Assembly (NCBI GenBank): GCA_019114825.1
Contig: DXES01000011.1
Location: forward strand, 1-44,125
Source of the DNA: Candidatus Anaerotruncus excrementipullorum
GTDB taxonomy: Bacteria; Bacillota; Clostridia; Oscillospirales; Ruminococcaceae
DNA: 44,125 nucleotides
Direction: 5' to 3'
Below, piece after piece: positions 29,275-38,995 of this stretch. Each line of letters opens with the position of its first letter. Position 1 is the first letter of the stretch. The translations under genes were made by a program, and so were the position numbers. Below the pieces are notes generated by a model. The model made no database searches. It saw nothing but the letters and a program-made list of their open reading frames with translations, and had not been told where the DNA came from.

Positions 29275-30123
29275 ATGATGGAAAACTTATCGAATCTAAA
29301 GGTGCTGCGGGAGCTGTTGGCCCGCCACGGCTTCACCTTTTCCAAGGCGCTGGGCCAGAACTTTTTGGTGAACCCCACCGTCTGTCCGCGGATGGCCCGG
29401 GAGGGGGGCGCGGGCCCCGGCGTGGGGGTGTTGGAGATCGGCGCGGGGGTGGGGGTGCTCACTGCCGAGCTGGCCCGCCTGGCCGAAAAGGTGGTCTGCG
29501 TGGAGATCGACTCCCGGCTGCTGCCGGTACTGGACGAGACGTTGGCGGAATTTTCCAATGTGGAGATCGTCAACGCCGACGTGATGGAGGTGGACCTGCA
29601 GGCGCTTTTGGCGGAGAAATTCCCCGGCATGGAGGTGGTGGTCTGCGCCAACCTCCCCTACTACATCACCTCCCCCATCCTTATGCGCCTATTGGAGCAG
29701 CAGCTGCCGGTGCGGGCGATCACCGTCATGGTGCAGAAGGAGGCGGCCCAGCGGCTGTGCGCCGCCCCCGGCAGCCGCCAGGTGGGGGCGGTGAGCATCG
29801 CCGTGCGCTACTACAGCGAGCCCCGGGTGCTCTTCCCGGTGAGCCGGGGGTCGTTTTTGCCCGCCCCGGAGGTGGATAGCGCGGTCATCCGCCTGGATGT
29901 GCGCCCCCAGCCGGCGGTGGACGCCCCGCCCCAGGCGTTTTTCCGGGTGGTGCGGGCCGCCTTTTCCATGCGGCGCAAAACGCTGCTCAACTGTCTCTCC
30001 GGCGGCCTGGGCTTGGCCAAGGGGGAGGCGGCGGCCCTGCTGGAGCGGGCGGGGGTGCCCGCGGGCGCCCGGGCGGAGCAGCTCTCCCTGGAGCAGTTCG
30101 CCGCCATCGCCCGGGCGCTTTAA
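29275..30123 (+). CDS. rsmA: 16S rRNA adenine dimethyltransferase (KsgA)
   Basis: KALGQNFL, LEIGAGVG, ANLPYYITSP, MVQKE. Confidence 0.97.
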   Translation: MMENLSNLKVLRELLARHGFTFSKALGQNFLVNPTVCPRMAREGGAGPGVGVLEIGAGVGVLTAELARLAEKVVCVEIDSRLLPVLDETLAEFSNVEIVNADVMEVDLQALLAEKFPGMEVVVCANLPYYITSPILMRLLEQQLPVRAITVMVQKEAAQRLCAAPGSRQVGAVSIAVRYYSEPRVLFPVSRGSFLPAPEVDSAVIRLDVRPQPAVDAPPQAFFRVVRAAFSMRRKTLLNCLSGGLGLAKGEAAALLERAGVPAGARAEQLSLEQFAAIARAL

Positions 30124-30254
30124 GCCGGGGGGCAAAAAGGGCCGCCCCACCGATTCGCTTCCTCCCGCCGGCCGTTTTCCCCTATGTGAATAGAGCGGTG
30201 GAGCTGCGCGTATGGGAACAGAAGCGGGGCAGCGCCACCCTCTACAGGGATTTT

Positions 30255-30295
30255 GAGACCCACCGGCCGTTTTGTGTAAACGGCCGGTGGGTCTC
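30255..30295. terminator. Perfect 18-bp hairpin between convergent rsmA and recQ
   Basis: GAGACCCACCGGCCGTTT-tgtgt-AAACGGCCGGTGGGTCTC. Confidence 0.6.
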
Positions 30296-30384
30296 CTGCG
30301 CTTTTCTCCAGCCGGACCCGCTCGGCGGGCGGGACGGTTACCGCTGTGGGAGGATCGATACCCAAACGGGGGGAACGGGTCGCT

Positions 30385-32304
30385 TTAGGGCCGGCCTTCC
30401 CGGCCCTGGGGGACCTCCTGGGGCGCCGCTCCCTGCTCGTAGGCGGCGATGGCCTCTAAAAACGCCCTCCCGTATTTCTGGGCCTTTACCCGGCCCACGC
30501 CGTTTACCGCCAGAAGCTCCTCCGGCGTGTGGGGGGCCTTGGCGGCCATGTCTGCCAGGGTGGCGTTGGAAAATACCAGATAGCGGGGGATCTGCTCGGC
30601 CTGGGCCAGCTGCGTCCGGGTGGCCTTGAGGGCTTCGAACAGCCCCTCCCGCCCGGCAGGCCCCGCCGTGCGGGTCCGTCCGCCCTGCAGCCGCTCCGGC
30701 GCGACCGCCTTCTCCGGCTCCAGAGGGGTCCGGCGGGACACCCGCTCCCCCTGGAACAGTACCCGGGAGGCTGCCGGGGTCAGGGCGAGGGCGCTGTAGA
30801 GGGGGTGGTCCCGCAGATACCCCTGCCGGACCAGCTCCTCCACCAATTCGGATACCTGGTTATGGGACAGCCGGCGCATCAGCCCAAAGGTGGACAGTTC
30901 ATTCAGCCCCAGCTCCAGCACCCGTTGGCGCTGCCTGCCCCGGAGTACCTGCACCAGGAGCATCCTGCCCACATCGTACCCCAGTTTTTTGTGGATCCGC
31001 CACAGGCAGGAGAGGATCATCTGGGCGGGAACGGTGATATCCTCCTCCGGGGCCTGTGCCAGCCCGCCCGGGGCGTCCTCCTGGGCAGCCTGGCGCAGGC
31101 AGTTGCCGCAGCTGCCGCACCGCTGGGGGTGGGCCTGGCCGAAATAGTCCAACAGCTGTCCCCGCAGGCAGCTGCCGGAGCGGCAGTAGTCCACCATGGC
31201 CTGCAGCCGGGCGTAGTCCTGGCGGCGGACCTGGGCCTGCTGCTGGGGGGTGAGCTGGCTGTTGCCGCTGTTTTGGATCAAAAACCGGGCGGTGACCACA
31301 TCCTGCTTGGAGTAGAGCAGGATGCAGTCGGCGGGTTCCCCATCCCGCCCGGCGCGGCCGGCCTCCTGGTAGTAGGCCTCCAGGCTCTTGGGCATGTTGT
31401 AGTGGATCACAAAGCTCACATTGGATTTGTCGATCCCCATGCCAAAGGCGTTGGTGGCCACCATCACCGGCCTGCGGTCGAACTGGAACGCCTCCTGGTT
31501 CTGCTGCCGCTCCTGGTCGGGCAGCCCCGCGTGGTAGCGGGTGGCGGGGAAGCCCTGCTTACAGAGCCGGGCGCAGACCTTCTCCACCCCGTCCCGGGTG
31601 GCGCAGTAGACGATACCGCTCTGCCCCTGGCGCTCCTGCAGCAGCGCCAGAAGGGCCTGCGGCTTATTTTTGGGGGCCTGCACATCGAAAAAGAGGTTGG
31701 GCCGGTCGAAGCCGGTAACCTGGCGCACCGGCTCCCGCAGCTCCAGCAGCCGGAGGATGTCCGCCTGCACCTGGGTGGTGGCGGTGGCGGTAAAGGCGGC
31801 GGTGACCGGACGCCGGGGCAGCTCCCGCAAAAATGCGGCGATGGCCAGATAGCTGGGCCGGAAATCCTGTCCCCACTGGGAGATGCAGTGGGCCTCGTCC
31901 ACCGCCGCCAGCGGGACCGCCAGCCGCCGGGCCACGGCGGTAAATTCCGGGGACTCCAGCCGTTCGGGGGCCACATACAGGAGCCGGTAGGCCCCCTGGA
32001 GCGCCCGCTGGCAAACCAGCCGCTGCTGGGTGGGGGAGAGGGAGCTGTTGAGGTAGGCGGCGGCCACCCCCTCCCGGTTCAGGGCGGCCACCTGGTCCTT
32101 CATCAGGGAGATGAGCGGGGAGATGACCAGCGTCACCCCCGGCAGCAGCAGGGCGGGGATCTGGTAGCAGAGGGACTTGCCGCCGCCGGTGGGCATCACC
32201 CCCAGCACATCCCGCCCGGCCAGGATGGCGTCGATCAGCTCCTCCTGCCCGGGCCGGAAGCTGCTGTAGCCAAAAAATTGCCGGAGTGCCTCGTGTTTGT
32301 CCAT
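30385..32304 (-). CDS. recQ: ATP-dependent DNA helicase RecQ
   Basis: PTGGGKSLCYQ, DEAHCISQWG, QEAGRAGRDG, Zn Cys cluster, RQC and HRDC domains. Confidence 0.97.
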   Translation of the reverse strand: MDKHEALRQFFGYSSFRPGQEELIDAILAGRDVLGVMPTGGGKSLCYQIPALLLPGVTLVISPLISLMKDQVAALNREGVAAAYLNSSLSPTQQRLVCQRALQGAYRLLYVAPERLESPEFTAVARRLAVPLAAVDEAHCISQWGQDFRPSYLAIAAFLRELPRRPVTAAFTATATTQVQADILRLLELREPVRQVTGFDRPNLFFDVQAPKNKPQALLALLQERQGQSGIVYCATRDGVEKVCARLCKQGFPATRYHAGLPDQERQQNQEAFQFDRRPVMVATNAFGMGIDKSNVSFVIHYNMPKSLEAYYQEAGRAGRDGEPADCILLYSKQDVVTARFLIQNSGNSQLTPQQQAQVRRQDYARLQAMVDYCRSGSCLRGQLLDYFGQAHPQRCGSCGNCLRQAAQEDAPGGLAQAPEEDITVPAQMILSCLWRIHKKLGYDVGRMLLVQVLRGRQRQRVLELGLNELSTFGLMRRLSHNQVSELVEELVRQGYLRDHPLYSALALTPAASRVLFQGERVSRRTPLEPEKAVAPERLQGGRTRTAGPAGREGLFEALKATRTQLAQAEQIPRYLVFSNATLADMAAKAPHTPEELLAVNGVGRVKAQKYGRAFLEAIAAYEQGAAPQEVPQGREGRP

Positions 32305-32396
32305 GCTGATCCCTCCTGTGCCCCCAGCATACCACAAAATTCCCCGGATGGGAATCACCCCTGCTCCTCCTTTTGCGCCGGCGGCAAAACGGGCCT

Positions 32397-32424
32397 TTGC
32401 AATCGCCGCCGGATGTGGTATACT
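32397..32424 (+). promoter_or_regulatory. Sigma-A promoter candidate
   Basis: TTGCAA-N16-TATACT with TG extension. Confidence 0.5.
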
Positions 32425-32456
32425 GCGGGGAAAAACCGGCGAAAGGAGGCGGAAGG

Positions 32457-33665
32457 ATGCCGGCGGCAGAATTGGAAAAGTTTCTCTGGGAGGCCATCTC
32501 CTTTGGCGTCTTTCTAGCGGTGTGCGGCGGGCTCTTAAAGCGCCGGTATTCCCCCGCGGCCACCCTGCTGGCGGGGGCGGCGTGGGTGGGGTGCGTCCTG
32601 TTGGCCCAGGGGGCGCTGCTCTGGTCAGGCCGGGAGGCCACCCTGGTCCTGACCCTGCTGCCCCTCACCGCCTATCTGCCCACGGCGGCGGTGGTACACC
32701 TGCTCTCCGCCCGGGGCTTTTTCCCCACGGCTGCGGTTTGGACGGTGGGGGCCATGGCCTGCACCTTCCTGCGGCTGGTGCGCAAGCTGCTGCTCTGGGG
32801 ACTAAATAGGGTGGATTGGCTGTCCGGCGGCCGGTGGGAACAGGCGGTCGCCCTCAGCCTGCTGCTGGCGGCGGCGGTCCTGGTGTTTTTGATCCTGCGG
32901 TTTTTGCGAAAGCCGTTTTTGGGGCCGCTTTTGGAGGGGAACCCCGGTTGGCTGCCCCTGTGCTTTCCGGTGCTGATGGTCTTTCTGTTCCTCTCCTATT
33001 TTGCTTCCTCCACCACCCGGCCGGTGCTGCTGGTACTGTCGGCCGTCACCGCGCTGTCGGTTCCGTTGCTGCTGGCGGGGGCCGCCTGCGGCCTGGTTTT
33101 GTTCTATCTGTTCCCGGCGGCGGGAGGCCGGGTCCGGTCCCCCCTCTCTGGAGCTTCCGACTGCCGCCCAGAGTGCCCTCGCCCGTTTGGCCTGGGGGGA
33201 TACGGCGTTTGCAATGGAGCTGCCGGAGGCCTTGGCCAGCCCGGCGGAGTCCACCGCCTCCGCCCAGGGTGCGGCTTCTGCCCAGGAGCCCCTGGAGACT
33301 GCCCAGGAGTCCCCGGCCGCCGGGCAGCCTGCCGGGGGAGGCCATGTGGACCTGCCCGGCTCCCTCTCCTGGGAGAGCGGCGGCCAGACCTCCGGTTCCT
33401 GGACGGGCAGCGCAGGCGGCGGTTCCGGCGGCTCCGGCGGCGGGGGGAGCGGCGCCAGCGGACCACCGCCACTCTCTCCTCCCTCTATAAGCGGCTGCGG
33501 GCCTATCCGGGATTTTTCCAGCCCCACCGGGCCTATATCGTGAACCTGGCCTATGTGCGCAGCCTAGGGGCCGGGCAGCTGACCCTGGCGGAGGGCAGGC
33601 GGGTGCCGGTCTCCCGGGGGGCCGCAGCGGCGCTCAAACAGGCCTATCTGGAGTTCGCCTTTTAA
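32457..33665 (+). pseudogene. Chimeric ORF: multi-TM sensor-kinase-like N-terminus, off-frame middle segment and LytTR C-terminal fragment
   Basis: About 6 TMs with no His-kinase or GHKL domain. The middle reads naturally in another frame (QSALARLAWGDTAFAMELPEALASP...GGSGG). The end is LytTR-like (FFQPHRAYIVNL...VPVSR). Confidence 0.6.
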
Positions 33666-33682
33666 TTTTAAGGCGGCCGGTA

Positions 33683-33712
33683 CATCTTACGGCGAAAAGG
33701 CGGCATCTCACG
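33683..33712 (+). promoter_or_regulatory. LytTR-type direct repeat
   Basis: CATCTTACG / CATCTCACG at a 21-bp period. Confidence 0.5.
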
Positions 33713-33805
33713 CAGGGAGGCCGTCTTTTTTGTGGGTTTTCCGGTATCCTGGTGGCATCCTGGGCCCCGCCGGCAGCTTTTTGGGGCCGCTTGGGGAGGG
33801 GTTTG

Positions 33806-34501
33806 ATGCTGCACATCGCCGTCTGTGATGATGAGCCCGGCCAGCTGGCCGGGCTGGAGGCACTTTTGCGGGAATATCTGCGGGCCCGGTCCTCTCTGGC
33901 GGGGCAGGTGACCCCTTTTTCGGACAGCTGCGCCCTGGTGGAGGCGGCCCGGGAGCGGGGCAGTTTTGACCTCTACCTGCTGGATGTGCTCCTGCCGGGG
34001 ATGGGAGGGATCCAGGCGGGGCTGCGGCTGCGGGAGCTGGGGGATGGGGGCCAGATCATTTACCTCACCGCCTCCAGCGAATACGCGGTGGACAGCTACA
34101 CTGTAGGGGCGTTTTTCTACCTGCTCAAGCCGGTGGGCCGGGAAACGCTGTTCCAGGTGCTGGACCGGGCGGTGGAGCAGCAGCTTTGCAGGCGTGCGGA
34201 GGGGGTGGTGGTCCCCACCCGGGAGGGGCCCCAGCGGCTCCTGCTGGAGCAGATCTATTATGCGGAACGGGTGGGGCGGTGCATCCGCTACTACTGCGCC
34301 GGAAAAACGGTGGACTCGGTGACCCTGCGCACCTCCTTCCGGGAGGCGGCCGCCCCCCTCTTGGCCGATGGCCGGTTCTGCCTATGCGGGGCCAGCTATC
34401 TGTTTAACCTACAGCACGTGGCGGGGGTGGAGGCCCGCACCGCCCGGGCCGGATTCCAGGAGGCTTGGGCCCGCTTCTGGTTGGGGGAGGGGGCCCGGTA
34501 G
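33806..34501 (+). CDS. LytTR family response regulator; LytTR domain appears shortened
   Basis: IAVCDDE, LLDV, IIYLTAS, YLLKP receiver motifs; FCLCGASYLFNLQHV LytTR motif. Confidence 0.9.
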   Translation: MLHIAVCDDEPGQLAGLEALLREYLRARSSLAGQVTPFSDSCALVEAARERGSFDLYLLDVLLPGMGGIQAGLRLRELGDGGQIIYLTASSEYAVDSYTVGAFFYLLKPVGRETLFQVLDRAVEQQLCRRAEGVVVPTREGPQRLLLEQIYYAERVGRCIRYYCAGKTVDSVTLRTSFREAAAPLLADGRFCLCGASYLFNLQHVAGVEARTARAGFQEAWARFWLGEGAR

Positions 34502-34609
34502 GGCAGGGAATGGGTTTTCACCGGCGCCGAGTTTTGTGGCTGCCGGGCGGGCAGACCGAGAGGCCTGCCCGCCCGGCGGCTTTCCGCTGCCCTTTGGGAC
34601 AAAATTTCC

Positions 34610-34694
34610 GGCGGCTTCAAAAAAAATTTACAAAGCTGCCCCCAAAAAATTCACAGTTGCCTCTTTACCTGGACTAAACTCCAGATGGTACAAT
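34610..34694 (+). promoter_or_regulatory. LytTR-type direct repeats plus extended -10 upstream of the extended dlt operon
   Basis: CAAAGCTGCC (34631) and CACAGTTGCC (34652) at a 21-bp period with A-tract spacers; TG-G-TACAAT at 34686-34694. Confidence 0.6.
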
Positions 34695-34740
34695 AAAAGC
34701 GGTTTCGAAACCCAAAGGAATTTGCAAAGGGGAGGATGGG

Positions 34741-35718
34741 ATGGAGCGATTGGACACCGTCCCCGCCGTGATCCGGCCGGGGCGTTGGAAAGGGAGGGGA
34801 CTGCTGGCGCTGGCCTGTGCGGCGGCGCTGGTGTTGGCTGGCTGCGCCCAAAAGCCGGGCGGGCAGGCCGCGCCTTCCGCCTCTCTGCCGGCCTCCTCCC
34901 AGGCGCAGCAGGCGCCTGTGCCCCAGGCCGCCTCCCAGCCGGAAGCGGAGTCTCCGGAGGAATCGCTCCACCCCTATTTGGAGGAGCTGATCTCCCAGAC
35001 GGCCTCCCAGCTGATCCAGCCGGGGATGGGGGAGTATGAGCGGGCCAAGGCTGCTTTCGACTATATGGTGGAGCACACGGTACTGGACCAGCCCATCGGC
35101 CTGGACCTATGGCGGGTACACGGGGGCGGCGATCAGCCGATCCCCTACCTGCAGCAACGGGCGCTGAGCCCCCTGCGGTTTGGGGTGGGCATGTGCGAGG
35201 ACTACGCTGCCGCCCTGACCCTGCTGCTTCGGGGGATGGGGCTGGAGGCCCAGTATGTCCCCGGCCTCACCTATTCGGTGGAGGGCAACCTGGTGGACCA
35301 CGCCTGGACGGTGGTGCGCATCGACGGCGTCTGGTACCACCTGGATAGCCAGCTGGAGGACAACATCTCCCGCCATGGGGAGATCCGCTACCGCTACTTC
35401 CTCAAGGGGGACGCCACCCTGGCCGGTTCCCACCGGTGGGGGCGCAACCTGGTTTCCAGCGGCCTGCTTTCCCCGGAACAAAATGCGCAGATTGTGGAGG
35501 AATTCCCCACCCCCGCCTGCCCCCAGGATTATGACCCTGTGCCCCCGCGCCGCCCGCTGGAGGAGGCCCCCGCCCCCGACCTTTCGGCCCTGCACCGCCA
35601 AGCGCGGGAGGAGGTGGCGGCCTGGGAGGCGGAAAACGGCCCCCTGCCCCCTATGCAGCTGAACACCACCCCTCCGGTCTTTGGCCTGGAGGGCTTCGGC
35701 CCCTCGGATGAGGGCTGA
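34741..35718 (+). CDS. Transglutaminase-like domain lipoprotein
   Basis: Lipobox LAGC; catalytic triad GMCEDYA / DHAWT / YHLD. Confidence 0.88.
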   Translation: MERLDTVPAVIRPGRWKGRGLLALACAAALVLAGCAQKPGGQAAPSASLPASSQAQQAPVPQAASQPEAESPEESLHPYLEELISQTASQLIQPGMGEYERAKAAFDYMVEHTVLDQPIGLDLWRVHGGGDQPIPYLQQRALSPLRFGVGMCEDYAAALTLLLRGMGLEAQYVPGLTYSVEGNLVDHAWTVVRIDGVWYHLDSQLEDNISRHGEIRYRYFLKGDATLAGSHRWGRNLVSSGLLSPEQNAQIVEEFPTPACPQDYDPVPPRRPLEEAPAPDLSALHRQAREEVAAWEAENGPLPPMQLNTTPPVFGLEGFGPSDEG

Positions 35719-35746
35719 CGCCGAGAAAGAGGAAAGGATGTTTCCT

Positions 35747-36946
35747 ATGAAAAAGCCTTTGGTTTTGCTCTTGGCGGGGGCGCTGTGCCTCACCGCCTGC
35801 TCCGGCGCCCGCAGCGCCCCCGCCTCCAGCGCGGCCCCTGCCGCGCCGGTCTCCCAGGTCTCCAGCAGTGCTGTCCAGGCGCCCTCCGCGGCCCCCTCTG
35901 CTGCCGGGGAGACCGCCCCGGATCCAAAACCGGCCCCCTTCCAGTGGGAGGTGGGGGCCCCGGAGGACCACGGCATGGATCCGGATGTGCTCCAGGCCCT
36001 CCACGCCGCCCTGCCCGGCTCGGGCATCCACGCCATGGTGACGGTGAAGGACGGGGTGATCATTGACGAATACTATGAGGAAGGGTACAATGAAGATAGC
36101 CTCTTCCAGGTCCACTCGGCCTCCAAGTCGGTCACCGGCGCCCTGGTCGGTATCGCCCTGGAGGAGGGGCTGATCGACAGCATCGACGACCCCATCTCCA
36201 AGTATCTGCCCCAGGCGTTGGAGCAGGCCGACCCCCGCAAGGCCCAGATCACCATCCGGGACCTGCTGACCCAGACCTCCGGCCTGGAGTGGTACGAGTG
36301 GGGCAGCGGTCCCAGCAACTGGCAGGAGTTCCGCTCGGCGGAAAACTGGGTGGACTACATCCTGGGCCGCCGCCTGCTCTATGAGCCGGGGACCCTCTTC
36401 AACTACAGCACCGGCAATACCCACCTGCTCTCCGCCATCCTCCAGGAGGTCACCGGCATGTCCCAGGGGGCCTACTGCCGCTCCCGCCTGTTTGACCCGT
36501 TGGGCATCAGCGGGGAGGCTCACTGGGGCACCGATCCCCAAGGGGTTGTGGACGGCGGCAACGGCCTGGTGATCTCCGCCCGGGACGCCGCCCGGTTCGG
36601 GCAGCTGTTTTTGGACGGGGGCGCCTGGCAGGGGGAGCAGCTGGTCCCGGCCGCCTGGGTGGCGGAGTCCACCACCGCCCAAAATAACGGCGCGGGGGAT
36701 GCCACCGGCTCCTATGGCTACCAGTGGTGGATGCGCTCGTTCACCACCGGCGGTTACAACACCTATGCCACCCCCTACCCCACCGCCAGCTATGACGTCT
36801 ACTTCGCCTTTGGCTACGGGGGCAACTTCATCCATGTGATCCCGGAGCTCCATATGGTCAATGTGATCGTCAGCAGCTGCCCCAGCTCCTATGACCCCCG
36901 CCCCTATTTTGTGGACTATGTGCTGAACGCCTATATGGGCGAATGA
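35747..36946 (+). CDS. Serine hydrolase, beta-lactamase/AmpC fold, lipoprotein
   Basis: Lipobox LTAC; SxxK (SASK), DLLTQTSG, FNYSTG, YGYQWW, AFGYGG. Confidence 0.9.
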   Translation: MKKPLVLLLAGALCLTACSGARSAPASSAAPAAPVSQVSSSAVQAPSAAPSAAGETAPDPKPAPFQWEVGAPEDHGMDPDVLQALHAALPGSGIHAMVTVKDGVIIDEYYEEGYNEDSLFQVHSASKSVTGALVGIALEEGLIDSIDDPISKYLPQALEQADPRKAQITIRDLLTQTSGLEWYEWGSGPSNWQEFRSAENWVDYILGRRLLYEPGTLFNYSTGNTHLLSAILQEVTGMSQGAYCRSRLFDPLGISGEAHWGTDPQGVVDGGNGLVISARDAARFGQLFLDGGAWQGEQLVPAAWVAESTTAQNNGAGDATGSYGYQWWMRSFTTGGYNTYATPYPTASYDVYFAFGYGGNFIHVIPELHMVNVIVSSCPSSYDPRPYFVDYVLNAYMGE

Positions 36947-36960
36947 AAAGGAGGCACCCC

Positions 36961-37461
36961 ATGAAAAAGCTCCTGGCCCTCTGGACCCTTTCCCTCCTGG
37001 TGCTGTTCACCGGCTGCGCCGGCGGGCAGCAGGCCGCCGGCTTTTCCCAGAGCGACCTCGCCCTCACCGTGGCGGGGGAGACGTTTGACTGCGACACCCC
37101 CATCGAGGCGGTGATCGCCGCCCTGGGGGAGGACTACGGCTATGCCGAGGGCCGTTCCTGTGCCTACGACGGCCTGGATAAGACCTACACCTATGAGGAC
37201 GCCACCTTTTACACCAACCCCCTGGAGGAGGGGGATATCGTCACCGAAATCTACACCCAGAGCCCCCAGGTGACCACCTCCAAGGGCCTCGCCGTGGGGG
37301 CCACCCGCCAGCAGGTGGAGGCTGCCTACGGCCCGCCCACCCAGGAGGACGGCTACACCCTCTACTACCGGGTGAGCGAGCAGGCGGGGGAGCCCGCCCT
37401 CTGCTTCGACCTGGAGGGGGACACCGTCTACGCCATCTACCTGACCCGCGGGCTGATCTAG
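36961..37461 (+). CDS. Hypothetical lipoprotein
   Basis: SD AGGAGG; lipobox FTGC; TSKGLAVGATRQQVEAAYG motif. Confidence 0.82.
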   Translation: MKKLLALWTLSLLVLFTGCAGGQQAAGFSQSDLALTVAGETFDCDTPIEAVIAALGEDYGYAEGRSCAYDGLDKTYTYEDATFYTNPLEEGDIVTEIYTQSPQVTTSKGLAVGATRQQVEAAYGPPTQEDGYTLYYRVSEQAGEPALCFDLEGDTVYAIYLTRGLI

Positions 37462-37474
37462 GGAGGGCCAAGCC

Positions 37475-38995
37475 GTGCTGGTACTGGAAAAGCTCAAGGA
37501 ATACGCCGCCGGGCCGGAGCGCACCGCCCTGGTAAACCGGGGCAGCCGCCTCTCCTACCGGGAGCTGGACGCCCGCTCGGAGGCGTTTGCCGCCTGGCTG
37601 CTGGCCCGCTTTGAGGGGGATTTTGCCCCAGTGGTGCTCCGGGGGGATAAGGAGCCCGACTTTCTCTGCTGCCTTCTGGGGGCGCTCAAGTCAGGCCGGG
37701 CGTATGTGCCCATCGACAGTACGCTGCCCCCCAGCCGGGCCGCCCAGATTTTGGCCGATGTGTGCCCCTGCGCTGTGGTGGACTTTACCGGCGGCCTGGC
37801 GGGGGAGGGGGCCCGATTTTTAACCGCTGGGGAGGCGGATGCCATCCTCTCCGCGCCCCCGGCCTCTCCCGTCCCCAGGGAATCCTGGGTGCAGGGAGGA
37901 GAAACCGCCTATATCCTCTTCACCTCCGGCTCCACCGGCCGCCCCAAGGGGGTGTCCATCACGGCGGACAACCTGGCGGCGTTTTTGGAGGGGGTGTTGC
38001 CCTGGTACCCCCAGGAGGGCGGCGTCATCCTCCACCAGGTCTCCTACTCCTTTGATGTGTCCGGCTGCGCCGTCTATGCCGGCCTCTCCCGGGGGATGAC
38101 CCTCTTCTCGGTGGACCATGCCCTGGCGGCCGGCTACCGGGAGCTGTTTGCCCAGCTGGGGGACAGCGGCCTCACCTTCTGGGTCTCCACCCCCTCCTTT
38201 GCCGAGCTGTGCACCCGGTCCCGGGCGTTTGACGCCCGGCTGCTGCCAAACCTGCGCCGGTTCCTCTTCTGCGGCGAGGTGCTCACCCACACCCTCTGCG
38301 GCATGCTGGCGGACCGCTTCCCGGCGGCCAGCGTGGTGAATACCTACGGCCCCACCGAGGCCACCGTCCTGGTGACGGCGGCAGAGATTCCCCCCGCCCT
38401 GCGCCAGGACCCCCGGGGCATCCCCATTGGCGCCCCCATCCGGGGGGCTACCCTGCGCCTGGAGGGGGAGGACGGCCGGGAGGTGGCCGGGGAGGGGCAG
38501 GCGGGCCAGCTGGTGATCCTAGGCCCCAGCGTGGGCCCCGGCTACCTGGGGCGGCCCGATTTGACCGAAAGGGCGTTCTTCACCGACCCGGCCACCGGCC
38601 TGCGGGGCTACCGCACCGGAGACCGCTGCTGCCGGGTGGGGGAAGCCTACTACTACCTGGGCCGGATGGACAACCAGCTGAAGCTGGACGGCTACCGCAT
38701 CGAGCTGGAGGATGTGGAGGCGAACCTGCAAAAGCTGCCCAACGTGCTGCGGGCGGCGGTGGTGCCGGCCTGGAAGGGGGAGAAGGTGGCCTACCTGGCC
38801 GCCTTCCTGCTCCTGAGGGAGCCGGACGGCCTTGGCCCCCTTCAGCGGACCATCGCTCTGAAAAAACAGGCGGCCCGGTATCTGCCCGCCTATATGATTC
38901 CCCGGAAACTGATCGCGGTGGACGCCTTCCCCCTCAATGTCAACGGCAAGGTGGATAAAAAGGCGTTGGCCCGCCGCTTGGAGGAGACGCCATGA
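37475..38995 (+). CDS. dltA: D-alanine--D-alanyl carrier protein ligase
   Basis: YILFTSGSTGRPKGV, WVSTPSF, FLFCGE, NTYGPTE, YRTGD, NGKVD. Confidence 0.92.
   Translation: MLVLEKLKEYAAGPERTALVNRGSRLSYRELDARSEAFAAWLLARFEGDFAPVVLRGDKEPDFLCCLLGALKSGRAYVPIDSTLPPSRAAQILADVCPCAVVDFTGGLAGEGARFLTAGEADAILSAPPASPVPRESWVQGGETAYILFTSGSTGRPKGVSITADNLAAFLEGVLPWYPQEGGVILHQVSYSFDVSGCAVYAGLSRGMTLFSVDHALAAGYRELFAQLGDSGLTFWVSTPSFAELCTRSRAFDARLLPNLRRFLFCGEVLTHTLCGMLADRFPAASVVNTYGPTEATVLVTAAEIPPALRQDPRGIPIGAPIRGATLRLEGEDGREVAGEGQAGQLVILGPSVGPGYLGRPDLTERAFFTDPATGLRGYRTGDRCCRVGEAYYYLGRMDNQLKLDGYRIELEDVEANLQKLPNVLRAAVVPAWKGEKVAYLAAFLLLREPDGLGPLQRTIALKKQAARYLPAYMIPRKLIAVDAFPLNVNGKVDKKALARRLEETP

Noticed and set aside
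35747-36946. Class C beta-lactamase resistance gene
   Set aside because: It has YST and AFG in place of the YxN and KTG motifs, which fits an esterase or amidase of the same fold.
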